This document shows, in pieces, positions 30,470 to 39,851 of a DNA stretch of 64,000 nt. Source of the DNA: Candidatus Yonathbacteria bacterium RIFCSPLOWO2_01_FULL_47_33b (GTDB lineage: Bacteria; Patescibacteriota; Minisyncoccia; Phycocordibacterales; UBA1550); assembly GCA_001823575.1 (NCBI GenBank), contig MHUW01000007.1, positions 24,223 through 88,222 of the forward strand. The letters run 5' to 3'. Within the stretch, counting starts at the first letter, position 1; each line of letters starts with the position of its first letter. A program made the position numbers and the translations under genes. The notes below the pieces were generated by a model, which saw nothing but the letters and a program-made list of their open reading frames with translations, was not told the origin of the DNA and ran no database searches.

Positions 30470-30865
30470 CTATCGGTTCATAAACGTTATCGTGAGTTGT
30501 AATACCGTCGCAAAAGAAACCCAAGCAAGGTACGGAATATTCGCCAGCGCTGCCCATTTTATATAAGGATAAATAGCGACAAGCGCCCACACGAGCGTTC
30601 CTAGCACGAGCACGATATCAAGGCTCGCGAGGGGGAGATTTTTTAGACCAAACTGTAGTGGCGTAAATGCGAAATTAAAAACAAGGTTCAAAGCAAACGG
30701 AAGAGCAACGATGAATGGGATCTTTTTTATGGCAAATAAATAAAAAACATATCCGTATGAAATAGCAATAACGACATACAGCACCGTCCACACCGGCCCA
30801 AATATCCACGCGGGAGGCGACCATGTTGGCTTCAGAAGCTCCTGATATGATTCGTATGTTTTCAT
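30470..30865 (-). CDS. tspO: TspO/MBR family protein
   Basis: KPTWSPPAWIFGPVWTVLY motif and Trp-rich helices. Confidence 0.7.
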   Translation of the reverse strand: MKTYESYQELLKPTWSPPAWIFGPVWTVLYVVIAISYGYVFYLFAIKKIPFIVALPFALNLVFNFAFTPLQFGLKNLPLASLDIVLVLGTLVWALVAIYPYIKWAALANIPYLAWVSFATVLQLTITFMNR

Positions 30866-30882
30866 ACATTAAGTATACCAAT

Positions 30883-31143
30883 TTATGATGCACAAGTCCC
30901 CAATTTGATGAGCGAAAGTTTCTCTTCCTTACTCAATCTTTTTATCTCACCCTCACGAGCGCGAGACTCGGCAAATGTCTCAACCGTCTCAGAGTATCTC
31001 AAAACTACTGGACGGCGGATTTTGGTATAGTGTGCGCCGCTTTTGAGATGGTTATGTTTATGAAGCCTCTTTTCAAGATCGTTGGTCGACCCAGTATAGA
31101 GCGACCCGTCTGAGCATTCAAGTATGTATACAAAATAAGGCAT
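30883..31143 (-). CDS. GIY-YIG nuclease-family small protein (UPF0213-like)
   Basis: FVYILECSDGSLYTGSTNDLEKRLHKHN. The track start 31161 adds 6 aa. Confidence 0.8.
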   Translation of the reverse strand: MPYFVYILECSDGSLYTGSTNDLEKRLHKHNHLKSGAHYTKIRRPVVLRYSETVETFAESRAREGEIKRLSKEEKLSLIKLGTCAS

Positions 31144-31280
31144 TAATAGGTATTCTACCATGAATATCTGTCGGCTTTACAAGAAATATTTGAAGGTGTA
31201 CAGTAAGCACTTGATGCAAAAAACTCCGCATGGGCGGATATTTTTTGTTAATAAATTTCATAATAAACTTACCCACCGCC

Positions 31281-33059
31281 ACTATGCAGTTTCAATCTCC
31301 CGTCATCCACCTCAACAGAGTTTTTCCTTTTTTAGAGTGGAAGAAAAACGTAACGAAGGAAACCCTTCGTAAGGATACGATTGCAGGACTCATCGGGGCA
31401 TTTGCCGTACTCCCGCAAGCCGTTGCATTTGCCACCATCGCCGGCCTGCCACCACAATACGGTATTTATGCCGCGATTGTCCCTGCAATCATTGCGGCGC
31501 TGTTTGGGTCATCGAAACACCTCGTATCGGGGCCAACAACAGCAATATCCCTTGTCGTGTTTGCATCTCTCGTTCCCCACGCAACACCGGGAACGAATGA
31601 GTTTATCAGCCTCGCCATCACCCTCTCGTTTCTCGTAGGAGCAATACAGCTCCTCATGGGGTGGATGCGTCTTGGTTCACTCCTCAATTTCATTTCGCAT
31701 ACCGTTATTGTTGGTTTCACCGCGGGCGCAGCAATTCTCATTGCATCAAGTCAACTCAAAAACTTCCTCGGGATTGCCGTTCCGCAAGGAAGTTCTTTTT
31801 ATGAGACAATCGCGACCGTCCTTGCTCATATAAAGGAAACCAACCCGTACATTTTGCTCGTCGCAATGGCAACCTTACTCACGGGGATTCTTTTCCGTCG
31901 CTACTTCAAAAAAATACCGTATATGCTTCCCGCGATCCTGGTCGGCAGTCTCTTGGGTCTCGCACTCAACCACTTCTTAACCCCCGCCATTACGGGACTC
32001 AAAACAATTGGCGCAATACCCGCATCACTTCCTCCGCTTTCTTTCCCCAACCTTGACCTCAAGACAATCTCCCTCCTTGCGTCGTCAGCATTTGCGGTCA
32101 CCCTCCTTGCACTCACCGAGGCCGCAGCGATTGCCCACGCTATCGCCCTGCGTTCCGGCGATCGCATCAACACCAATCGTGAATTTGTCGGACAAGGCCT
32201 TTCAAACGTATTCGGTAGTTTCTTTTCTGCATACCCTGCAAGCGGTTCATTCAACCGCAGTGGCCTCAACTATGAAGCAGGAGCGCAAACTCCCCTTGCA
32301 TCAGTATTTGCGGCACTGGCACTTATTGTTATTGTGCTTTTCGTCTCACCACTTGCTGCCTACCTCCCGCTCGCGGTAATGGCGGCCATTCTTTTCCTCG
32401 TTGCCTGGGGCCTTATTGATTTTCATCACATTCGTGGCATTTGGCGCGCAAGTTACCGTGAGTTTGCTCTCCTCCTCGTCACCTTCCTTTCCACCCTCTT
32501 CATCGAGCTTGAATTCGCTATCTTCATCGGTACCTTTTTCTCAATCGCACTTTACTTGCATCGCTCGTCAATGCCAGCAGTGCTTACCTATCTCCCCGAC
32601 CCTCTTCACAACCAGCCGCGCTTCTCGACTAATATTCAGGGGCCCCGCTGTCCGCAACTTTCGGTAGTGCGTATCGAGGGTGCATTGTTCTTTGGCTCCG
32701 TAAATGACGTGGAGACAAAATTGCACCACATTAAAGAAAAGCATCCGAGTGAGAAAAATCTCCTTCTTGTTCTTGATAGTATGCCCGTTATTGACCTTGC
32801 TGGTTTGGATATGTTGGTACGTGAAAAAGAATCGCGCAAGAAACAAGGCGGCGATCTTTTCCTTACCAACCTCAGCACAAAAACTCTTGAAGCACTTGAG
32901 AGTTCAGGACACATAGAAAAAATTGGGCGTGCAAACATCTTCAGGTCAAAGAATGAAGCTCTCAAAACTATTGTCCCCCTCCTCAGTCAGGACATCTGTA
33001 GCACCTGCCCTGCGCGCATCTTTAGAGAGTGCCCAAAGAGAATCTCAGACAATGCATAA
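31281..33059 (+). CDS. SulP-family anion permease with C-terminal STAS domain
   Basis: SulP TM signature region plus a STAS-like C-terminus and a Cys-rich tail. The track starts at 31230, but the ATG at 31281 is preferred. Confidence 0.85.
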   Translation, partial: TMQFQSPVIHLNRVFPFLEWKKNVTKETLRKDTIAGLIGAFAVLPQAVAFATIAGLPPQYGIYAAIVPAIIAALFGSSKHLVSGPTTAISLVVFASLVPHATPGTNEFISLAITLSFLVGAIQLLMGWMRLGSLLNFISHTVIVGFTAGAAILIASSQLKNFLGIAVPQGSSFYETIATVLAHIKETNPYILLVAMATLLTGILFRRYFKKIPYMLPAILVGSLLGLALNHFLTPAITGLKTIGAIPASLPPLSFPNLDLKTISLLASSAFAVTLLALTEAAAIAHAIALRSGDRINTNREFVGQGLSNVFGSFFSAYPASGSFNRSGLNYEAGAQTPLASVFAALALIVIVLFVSPLAAYLPLAVMAAILFLVAWGLIDFHHIRGIWRASYREFALLLVTFLSTLFIELEFAIFIGTFFSIALYLHRSSMPAVLTYLPDPLHNQPRFSTNIQGPRCPQLSVVRIEGALFFGSVNDVETKLHHIKEKHPSEKNLLLVLDSMPVIDLAGLDMLVREKESRKKQGGDLFLTNLSTKTLEALESSGHIEKIGRANIFRSKNEALKTIVPLLSQDICSTCPARIFRECPKRISDNA

Positions 33060-33123
33060 AAGCGTTTGACGCCTCCGCCACCCTATGGTAGCCTGCAAAC
33101 AGATAGTTAACCAATAGGAGGCA

Positions 33124-33624
33124 ATGATGAGCAATCGCTGGAGTTTGATTAAAAGGTTTGGCCCTATAACGCATAAAGATTTTATGTTGATAGGTGGCAA
33201 TTTTTGTCATCTGGTAGAGTATTATCATCAGAGAACCTCAGAGACCATCGTGACGCTCTACAAAGAGCTTCCCTACTCTGTAACTGCTCCCGAGGATGGG
33301 ATTAGTGAGTGGGTAGATGAGGAAAACAGCAAGAAAGAGCTTGCAGTAATCGCAGGGATTCAAAACGTACCGCGAGATCTTTTTGATCTTGCAGAAAATG
33401 TGCAAGTAATCGTCGTCCCTAACTTGATGGACAGCAGTAGTAATGTCTGCGGATATATGGAATGCAAAGGACTCCTCTCTCGTCATATGGTGTTCAGTGT
33501 TTCGCCGGACCTTACGGGCAAATACTTACGTAGTCTCTGCCTCAGCAAAGAAAACCGCCCCTCAAAGCTCTGGTTCGGTCAAGGCGACGGTTTCGAGAAA
33601 CTCCATCATTACTCCCTCTCATAG
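33124..33624 (+). CDS. hypothetical protein
   Basis: Strong SD AGGAGG. Confidence 0.55.
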   Translation: MMSNRWSLIKRFGPITHKDFMLIGGNFCHLVEYYHQRTSETIVTLYKELPYSVTAPEDGISEWVDEENSKKELAVIAGIQNVPRDLFDLAENVQVIVVPNLMDSSSNVCGYMECKGLLSRHMVFSVSPDLTGKYLRSLCLSKENRPSKLWFGQGDGFEKLHHYSLS

Positions 33625-33639
33625 CAAGTGCTTCAAATC

Positions 33640-33675
33640 AAAAGGCTTCCTCACGGAAGCCTTTTTTCTTTTTAC
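33640..33675 (+). terminator. rho-independent terminator
   Basis: aaaaggcttcc-tcac-ggaagcctttttt. Confidence 0.7.
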
Positions 33676-35144
33676 CCCCTCCTCAGCACCTCAAAGATCT
33701 CTACCATCGCCATCGTGTCGAGGGCGCAGTATTTGAGAAGGTTTGCTTTTGTTTTTTCAATATCTTCATCACTCATACCACCCCTGATCATCTTTTCCCA
33801 TTCGCTGAGCGCCATGGTGCCATTTTGAATATCGAGCGTCTTGTATGAGAGTTCGGGCAAAAGCACGGGCAATACTTTTTTAATAGATGCACTTCCCTGA
33901 AAATCTGGATGTTGATAGTCATCCTTAAAAATTTTCATCAAGTCAAAAACTCTACTGTTGATATCTTCGAGAAAACCGCGATGCTCGGGGTGCAGCTCAG
34001 CGAGCTCCATATTGCGCCCCTTCTCAAATGACTCATACCACACAATGACGCTGCCCACGGGCCCTACACAGCCTCGCAGGGCATCTAGGAGGCCATTTGT
34101 TGCGCCAGGCAGTCCACCCGCAAGGTATTCAAAGTGCTCAAGCGTGCCATCCGCATCAAGCTTGTGCACCGACACCTGAAAGACAATTTGCTGGTTTGTT
34201 TTGTACCCGTCGAGAAGTGGTATGGGCGTGCCGTAGGTTTCGTAGTCGAGAAAGTACAGTGGAAAGGTGAGCTGCGAAAGTGTTTCATCTATTCCTTCTG
34301 TATTGATAATCGGCCGACCCGTTTTTTGTAACGTAACCTTGTCACGCTGTATGTCGGTCAAGTCAAAGTCTTCGGGAATATCTGCAATCTCTAAAACACC
34401 CATATCTAAAAGTTGACGGAGTTTATTCCCCTGCACAATGTGATGCACCGAGTACTCCGGCACCTGCGGATTGAATTTATGGAAACAATCACACCGCTGA
34501 CCGTGGCTCTTATACAAACAGTCACACCCCACGAGCGAAATTTCATCCTTTGCAAGCATTACGAGTGCCCGTTCAATCTCTGCTCGCACCACCTCCTTTT
34601 CCTCATGTATCTGCTCGGTGACGTTCTCAATAATAAAAAGCTGGTTGATATCTACCTCGCCTGCACGGCGATATTCTTTGTTGATATAAATGATGTAACT
34701 ATCGCCCACGTTCACCCCTGCATCCTCGGCGACAATCGTCTGAAACCCGACATCCTTTATATGATTATGCTTGAGGTCGGTCTTGATCTCCGAGCTCGCC
34801 TTTACTTCATAAATATCCCACTTCCCTGTCTCGGCGTTAAAATTCAAAATATCTATTTTTGCAAAGAGCCCTTGCTTGGTCTCAAACGTCGCTTGAAAAA
34901 TCGAGTTGCTCCCCTGCAAAAGCTCCTGCGTACGCGCAAGCAGTGTCTCTTTGTTCCCCGTCACAAACACGCCGTCAGGAAAAAGCTTTTGCACATACTC
35001 CTCCACCTCGTACCCGTCCTTGATGAGCTTTTGCAGAAACAGCGAAAACTCGCCAGGGGTATATTCCTCCGGTCGCTTTTTCTTGAGCCACAAACACTTG
35101 TCGCACAAAAGAAATTCCTTAAAATCGGTTTTGGTGAGGGTCAT
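33672..35144 (-). CDS. DUF2779-like protein (Cas4-like PD-(D/E)XK nuclease N-terminus with Cys cluster + RNaseH-like/DEDD exonuclease-like C-terminus)
   Basis: CDKCLW...C, YEVK, GCDCLYKSHGQRCDC and FLDYETYGTPIPL motifs. The ATG abuts the upstream gene's stop. Confidence 0.65.
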   Translation of the reverse strand: MTLTKTDFKEFLLCDKCLWLKKKRPEEYTPGEFSLFLQKLIKDGYEVEEYVQKLFPDGVFVTGNKETLLARTQELLQGSNSIFQATFETKQGLFAKIDILNFNAETGKWDIYEVKASSEIKTDLKHNHIKDVGFQTIVAEDAGVNVGDSYIIYINKEYRRAGEVDINQLFIIENVTEQIHEEKEVVRAEIERALVMLAKDEISLVGCDCLYKSHGQRCDCFHKFNPQVPEYSVHHIVQGNKLRQLLDMGVLEIADIPEDFDLTDIQRDKVTLQKTGRPIINTEGIDETLSQLTFPLYFLDYETYGTPIPLLDGYKTNQQIVFQVSVHKLDADGTLEHFEYLAGGLPGATNGLLDALRGCVGPVGSVIVWYESFEKGRNMELAELHPEHRGFLEDINSRVFDLMKIFKDDYQHPDFQGSASIKKVLPVLLPELSYKTLDIQNGTMALSEWEKMIRGGMSDEDIEKTKANLLKYCALDTMAMVEIFEVLRRG

Positions 35145-36149
35145 TTAAGCTGTTTTCTTTTTCTTGCCACTCACAAGCATCGTAAGAATGAGCCCTACCA
35201 TTTTATCCTTGTGTGCAGGGTCGCTCTCGGCAACGAGGAGTGTGATTGCCGTAAGTGCTGGTGGTGTAATGCGCGACGTATCAAGTGCTTTCGCTTTCGC
35301 AAGGAACCATACAAACGCATATGCGCCACTTCTTTTGTTGCCGTCGATGAACGGATGATTTTTGATAACAAAATAGAGGAGGTGTGCTGCCTTTTCCTCA
35401 ACCGTTGGGTACATATCACTACCACCAAACGACTGCATCACATTCCCCACAATACCCGCCACGCTTCCTCGTTCGCGTTCGGTCGCAAAAAGATCTGTCG
35501 CCTCTCCTTTTACAACGAGGGACTCTTTGAGTGTCGCGAGGGCACTCCCAAAAGTCTCGGCTGTAATTTTAACCGATTTCTTGGTAGCACCATTGGTGAC
35601 CAGAGTGTCTTTATCGTAAGCATCAAGCGAAAGCCAAGTATCAGCAAAGAGCGAGATGAGTTCAAGGATTCCCTCAGTGTCCACGGTCGCACCCTTGGGG
35701 AGTAGTGCCTTCACGTCGGCCACCGTCTTCAAAAACGCATCATAATTTTGTGAAATACGAGACTTGTTTATCGTGTAGCCGTCAACGATATGAGCACGGA
35801 GGGTTTTGGTTGCCCATTGGCGGAATTTTGTACCAACTACCGAATTTATTCGATACCCCACGGCAATCAAAATATCGAGATTATAAATATCAACCTCACG
35901 GCGAACCTCTCTGCCTGACTCATTTTGAACTAGTTCCATTTTGGAACTAGTTGCTCCCCGAGCCAGCTCCTTTCCCTTATAGATATTTTGGATATGCTTT
36001 GAAATTGCTTGCGGATTTACCTCAAACATTTCGGCCATCTGCATACGTGTCGCCCACACCGTTTCCTTACCAAAATCACCCCGAAGCTCAATAGCTCCAG
36101 ATTTTGCTTGATAGATTACCACTTCTTTTTTAATTTCTTTCGCTTTCAT
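35145..36149 (-). CDS. RhuM-domain / Doc(Fic)-family fusion protein
   Basis: N-terminal RhuM-like region (YQAKSGAIELRGDF...ILIAVGYRINS) and C-terminal Doc motif HPFIDGNKR. Confidence 0.75.
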   Translation of the reverse strand: MKAKEIKKEVVIYQAKSGAIELRGDFGKETVWATRMQMAEMFEVNPQAISKHIQNIYKGKELARGATSSKMELVQNESGREVRREVDIYNLDILIAVGYRINSVVGTKFRQWATKTLRAHIVDGYTINKSRISQNYDAFLKTVADVKALLPKGATVDTEGILELISLFADTWLSLDAYDKDTLVTNGATKKSVKITAETFGSALATLKESLVVKGEATDLFATERERGSVAGIVGNVMQSFGGSDMYPTVEEKAAHLLYFVIKNHPFIDGNKRSGAYAFVWFLAKAKALDTSRITPPALTAITLLVAESDPAHKDKMVGLILTMLVSGKKKKTA

Positions 36150-36235
36150 TGTAGTGTATTATACCATACCATTTCAGCACACTGTATAAAAAAGCCCATG
36201 CGGAGGCATGGGCTGAATTTCTTTATGTTTTTAAA

Positions 36236-36598
36236 TTATATTTTTGCTGTTGGGCGCTTAGGGAGTCCTTCAATCTTTTTCGCAACCCGTTTTACTTCGG
36301 CCGTGCGACTGAGTTTTTTGTGATTACCAAAGGGCCACATGCGCATGGCACTTTCGCCTTCTACGTGGGTGAATATCCGAAATTTGTGCTCGAACTTTGC
36401 CGCGTTGCATTCCATACGCACAATGAATCGATAAGAGACTTCCACGACATCATGGGGAACATCCTCATTGTCCAACTTGCCACGATAAATCTTGTCATCA
36501 GTGGCGCCACATGATTGCACCAAATCCATCATCGCGGACTCATTGGTCTTTGCATCCTTTGGCTCTACGAACCATGTTGTTACGCGTTCCTTTTTCAT
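36236..36598 (-). CDS. hypothetical protein
   Basis: SD GGGGAG. No recognisable domain. Confidence 0.5.
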   Translation of the reverse strand: MKKERVTTWFVEPKDAKTNESAMMDLVQSCGATDDKIYRGKLDNEDVPHDVVEVSYRFIVRMECNAAKFEHKFRIFTHVEGESAMRMWPFGNHKKLSRTAEVKRVAKKIEGLPKRPTAKI

Positions 36599-36682
36599 CG
36601 CGCTTCTCCCCTGTTAAATATGTTATTGAAAACAACCAACCTGCCCACAACCCTACCACAAAAGCGCAGGAAATCAAGATGC

Positions 36683-36717
36683 CTATCATTTGGAAGCTTC
36701 GCTTCCAAATGATAGGA
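36683..36717. repeat. 15-bp-arm perfect inverted repeat (cctatcatttggaag / cttccaaatgatagg)
   Basis: Read directly. Lies in the 5' leader of the 36598 gene, next to a terminator. Confidence 0.6.
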
Positions 36718-36758
36718 AAAGCCCCCGCCATTAGAAAATGGCGGGGGCTTTTGTCTCG
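36716..36758. terminator. bidirectional terminator with a perfect 15-bp stem
   Basis: aaaagcccccgccat-tagaaa-atggcgggggctttt. Confidence 0.75.
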
Positions 36759-36763
36759 AGAAA

Positions 36764-37189
36764 TTAACTAAGTGATGCTACTTCACGCATGATTTGATCA
36801 AGCTTGGTGTTGATAGCTTCTAGTTGTTTCAGAACTGCATCATTGCTGGTGCCGCTTTCAGCGCGAGGAGCGTACGGAGCGCGGGGGCTGAAATCCTTTT
36901 TAGGAAATCTGTCTCCACCTCTATCCTTATTGAAACTTCCTCCTGCTACATTGAAACAATCCTTGCAGTACACAGGCTTTGCTCCCGTAGGGCGAAACGG
37001 TACTTCGCACGCCTTGTGGCACTCTGAACACGTTGCCTTATAGAGCGTAAACGGCGCATCGCTTGATTTACGATCTCCCCAATTCTTCTTGCCATAACTC
37101 GGCGCACCCGAGCGATTAGCACCAAATGAAGGTTTTCCTCCTCTTGCTCCATAACTCCCACTACCCCCTCGTTTGTTGTATTCTGTCAT
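36764..37189 (-). CDS. Gly/Arg-rich zinc-ribbon protein (CxxC...CxxC)
   Basis: CSECHKACEVPFRPTGAKPVYCKDCF with a low-complexity G/R/S-rich N-terminus. Confidence 0.6.
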   Translation of the reverse strand: MTEYNKRGGSGSYGARGGKPSFGANRSGAPSYGKKNWGDRKSSDAPFTLYKATCSECHKACEVPFRPTGAKPVYCKDCFNVAGGSFNKDRGGDRFPKKDFSPRAPYAPRAESGTSNDAVLKQLEAINTKLDQIMREVASLS

Positions 37190-37282
37190 AAGTACGTGGA
37201 CTATGCACTATATATGAAGAAATAGCAAGGGCGATACTGAAAAGGTCAATTATTCTTAATTAATCTCACCTGTGGATAACTT

Positions 37283-37310
37283 TTGACTTTTTTTACAAAA
37301 AAGTTATAAT
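37283..37310 (+). promoter_or_regulatory. sigma70-like promoter TTGACT-16-TATAAT
   Basis: Hexamers read directly on the plus strand. Confidence 0.5.
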
Positions 37311-37317
37311 ATATAGG

Positions 37318-37395
37318 TCTTTCGGTTTTACCATTAAACCGTAAGGGTATTACATCCTAGGGTAGCCCTCCGCAAGGAGGGCTACTTTGTTTTCT
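37318..37395 (+). ncRNA. candidate small RNA (approx. 78 nt) between a consensus promoter and an intrinsic terminator
   Basis: Promoter at 37283-37310, terminator gtagccctcc-gcaa-ggagggctac + tttgttttc. No ORF. Confidence 0.3.
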
Positions 37396-37972
37396 CTTCT
37401 CGGTGTTTCAAATCACGTCCCCAGATATCTTCTTCGATTTTGAGAACATCAACGTACCCGTCCCCTCCTGTGCGTAATTCTTCAGAGACGTTGTTCTTTG
37501 AGGAATAAGCATACACCTTTTTACCATCTCGCTTCAAATAGGTCACCAAGGCGAGAAAATCAGAATCCCCAGAGAAAAAGATAGCCGTATCATATTTATT
37601 CTTGTAATGAATAACATCAATAGTCATCTCTACGTCCATGTTTCCTTTTTCCTCCACAATATCCCCGTCATCTGAATGAACAGTGATACGTTTGAGTTCT
37701 TTTTTGCGAACAGTAAAACCTAAACCTTTCTTAAGGTAAGTAAAAAATTTATGCTTACCGTCCAATGAATAATCGCGAGTTCCTTCTGCTGGATATGCTG
37801 TGTAATAAAATACATCAATAGTATCCGCTCCATGCTTTTCCTTCAAAAATTTCTTCAATTTTTCAAAATCAAACACCCGTCCCTTCACCTTTTGCGCAGC
37901 CCAAAGGTTCGACGCGTCAATGAAGACGTACACGGCATGCGGTTTCTTTTCATCAGCTGTCATAACAATCAT
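37382..37972 (-). CDS. NYN-domain (LabA-like, PIN-fold) protein
   Basis: VFIDASNLW...IFFSGDSDF signature. Confidence 0.8.
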   Translation of the reverse strand: MIVMTADEKKPHAVYVFIDASNLWAAQKVKGRVFDFEKLKKFLKEKHGADTIDVFYYTAYPAEGTRDYSLDGKHKFFTYLKKGLGFTVRKKELKRITVHSDDGDIVEEKGNMDVEMTIDVIHYKNKYDTAIFFSGDSDFLALVTYLKRDGKKVYAYSSKNNVSEELRTGGDGYVDVLKIEEDIWGRDLKHREEKTK

Positions 37973-38075
37973 TCTACCACATTCTCTGCGAACGCCTCCC
38001 TTAAATATGCTTTTTCGAGAAATTTGAGGTCGGCGAGTTTGGTGGTTTGGAGGGTGCGGAAGATGATAAAAATCC

Positions 38076-38576
38076 TTACTTCAACACAACCCCGAGGTCG
38101 TAGATATCAAGTTTTCCATCGTTGTTTAGGTCACCGCTGTCGAGTGTCCCTTGTTTTTTGTGCAGGTCGTAGATGAGTTTTAGGTATTTCCCAAGCACGA
38201 TGCGCGGAATCTCATACTGTCGTTCCTTGCCATACCATTCAAATGGGTCTCGGCCGCTCTTTTTGGCGTTACAACCGCGACATGCAAGCACTTGGTTATC
38301 AAACGTATCTATCGCGATTTTTACCTTAGGAATAATATGCTCCCATTCAAGCCCCTCCTCAGCGCTAGCACAATATGCACAAGCTTTTTCTTCGTTAAAG
38401 AATTTCTTGTTCTCTCGCAAAATGTTCGATGGTTGCATCTGTCCATCTTTCAATTTTTTATACGAATGCATAACAAACCCGTAATTCTTTCGGTCACCAA
38501 CCGTGCTCCCCGCAATGAGCTTTGCGTATTCCCAATAAATAAGGTCCCGAATTGTTTTTACTGAAGCGTGAGGCAT
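38076..38576 (-). CDS. HNH endonuclease with a dockerin-like C-terminal motif
   Basis: CAYC...EWEHIIP...LACRGCNAKK HNH motif. C-terminal DLNNDGKLDIYDL. Confidence 0.8.
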   Translation of the reverse strand: MPHASVKTIRDLIYWEYAKLIAGSTVGDRKNYGFVMHSYKKLKDGQMQPSNILRENKKFFNEEKACAYCASAEEGLEWEHIIPKVKIAIDTFDNQVLACRGCNAKKSGRDPFEWYGKERQYEIPRIVLGKYLKLIYDLHKKQGTLDSGDLNNDGKLDIYDLGVVLK

Positions 38577-38590
38577 GATATTTTAAATTC

Positions 38591-38962
38591 TCAGTCTGCT
38601 TTTTTGTTTCTCGGGATCTCACTTCGGGGTTCTCTTCGAGATTTATCAAAAATATTTTCCAGCCATCTTACTAGGAAATTATGATGGTCACCACCAACCT
38701 CATCATAACGCCTGCCTGTAAGGTTTCTTGTAACTGCCTTTAAAAATTCGGCTAGATGCTCGATTTGTAACTTAATATTAACATCCTTTGTAGAAGTAGC
38801 CAGGGAGCGCGTCGCTCTATATTCTGAATTAAATATATTCGCAAGCTCCTGTTTATGTTTTCTCTCCTTAATAAAGACTGAGAATTCGTAGGTAATAAAA
38901 ATAACATTAACAACAAATGAGACTATCTGGAGCCACTCTGGGCTTGGAATTATATTTGGCAT
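38591..38962 (-). CDS. hypothetical membrane-anchored protein
   Basis: N-terminal TM. Same operon as the HNH gene. Confidence 0.5.
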   Translation of the reverse strand: MPNIIPSPEWLQIVSFVVNVIFITYEFSVFIKERKHKQELANIFNSEYRATRSLATSTKDVNIKLQIEHLAEFLKAVTRNLTGRRYDEVGGDHHNFLVRWLENIFDKSRREPRSEIPRNKKAD

Positions 38963-38966
38963 AATT

Positions 38967-39140
38967 TTAGTGTTTGGTTGGGTCTACTAATTTATAAGAA
39001 GATCCTAGTTTTAAGATTGGCGGTAATGTTTTCCCTTTTACACACGTGACTTCAATTCCTGTTTCGCCTCCTCTTGGTCCTATTACTTCATACTGCCCTG
39101 ATCTTGGCACCGCTTGCCCTGGTTTAAATGTATTCTTCAT
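38967..39140 (-). CDS. small YjzC-like protein (57 aa), absent from the ORF track
   Basis: Manual translation MKNTFKPGQAVPRSGQYEVIGPRGGETGIEVTCVKGKTLPPI... matches the YjzC-like pattern KPG.KAP.SG.Y...G..GG...LPP. 4-5 nt intergenic gaps on both sides. Confidence 0.45.
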   Translation of the reverse strand: MKNTFKPGQAVPRSGQYEVIGPRGGETGIEVTCVKGKTLPPILKLGSSYKLVDPTKH

Positions 39141-39145
39141 AATTA

Positions 39146-39709
39146 TTATTCAGCTTCATTAAGTTCTTCCTTTTCCTTGCAATATTTTTCAGAAAAGTCC
39201 TTTAGCGCCACCTTGATGTCTTTAAGTTCACCATCCATTACTGCATCGTTTGTTTCTGGTGTTTTGGGAATAAGTAATTTTACTCCACCACCAAATTTAA
39301 ATTCAAAATTATGAGCAGAGTTATCGATTTCAGCAGAAAAACCTGTTTTATCCTTAGAAACAGCTACATTGGTTGATATTTTTTTAGAGCGAGAAATCAC
39401 TTTGGGTGACCAGTTTGCCATTTTTGTTGGATCAACCCCATATTTTTCATAATCAGAAAGAACTTTAGTTACACGTGACTTATAAGTTGCCAGTGAGCTT
39501 GCGCTGAAGTTTTTGTTTTTTGAAAATACGTTCTGGTAAATTTGCTCGATGTTTTTGCTAAATACGTCTATCGAATTGCGCTCCTCTTCATTTAATACTG
39601 CCTCAAACAGCTTCAGTGCTGTTTTAAGTGCCATACCTGTATTGTCAGGGTATTTTCTGCTCTTGACCGCTCTGTCTATAAACTCATATAGATCTTGAAT
39701 TTTTTTCAT
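39146..39709 (-). CDS. hypothetical protein
   Basis: First gene of a 4-gene minus-strand operon downstream of the RM gene. Confidence 0.5.
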   Translation of the reverse strand: MKKIQDLYEFIDRAVKSRKYPDNTGMALKTALKLFEAVLNEEERNSIDVFSKNIEQIYQNVFSKNKNFSASSLATYKSRVTKVLSDYEKYGVDPTKMANWSPKVISRSKKISTNVAVSKDKTGFSAEIDNSAHNFEFKFGGGVKLLIPKTPETNDAVMDGELKDIKVALKDFSEKYCKEKEELNEAE

Positions 39710-39851
39710 GATATTTTTGGGGTTAATTAGTAACTCCTAAATGCTATCACAACTCAACAATATAAGTCAAGTGATAATATAAACAGATTTGTGTATAATC
39801 TGTTTATATGTGGTTTTTAAAGGGTTTTATGTTATTAAAGTTTTATTTGGA

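Noticed and set aside
34413-35705. 430-aa plus-strand ORF antisense to the DUF2779 and RhuM-Doc genes
   Set aside because: Although long, it is Leu/Arg/Cys/His-rich with no SD or promoter, and it mirrors the codon bias of the Lys/Glu-rich sense genes. The sense-strand proteins have clear domain motifs.
38520-38576. Dockerin-like motif at the HNH C-terminus as evidence for a cellulosome-type assembly
   Set aside because: It is a single repeat only, so a chance Ca-binding-like motif is more parsimonious. It is mentioned in the findings but not called as a domain.
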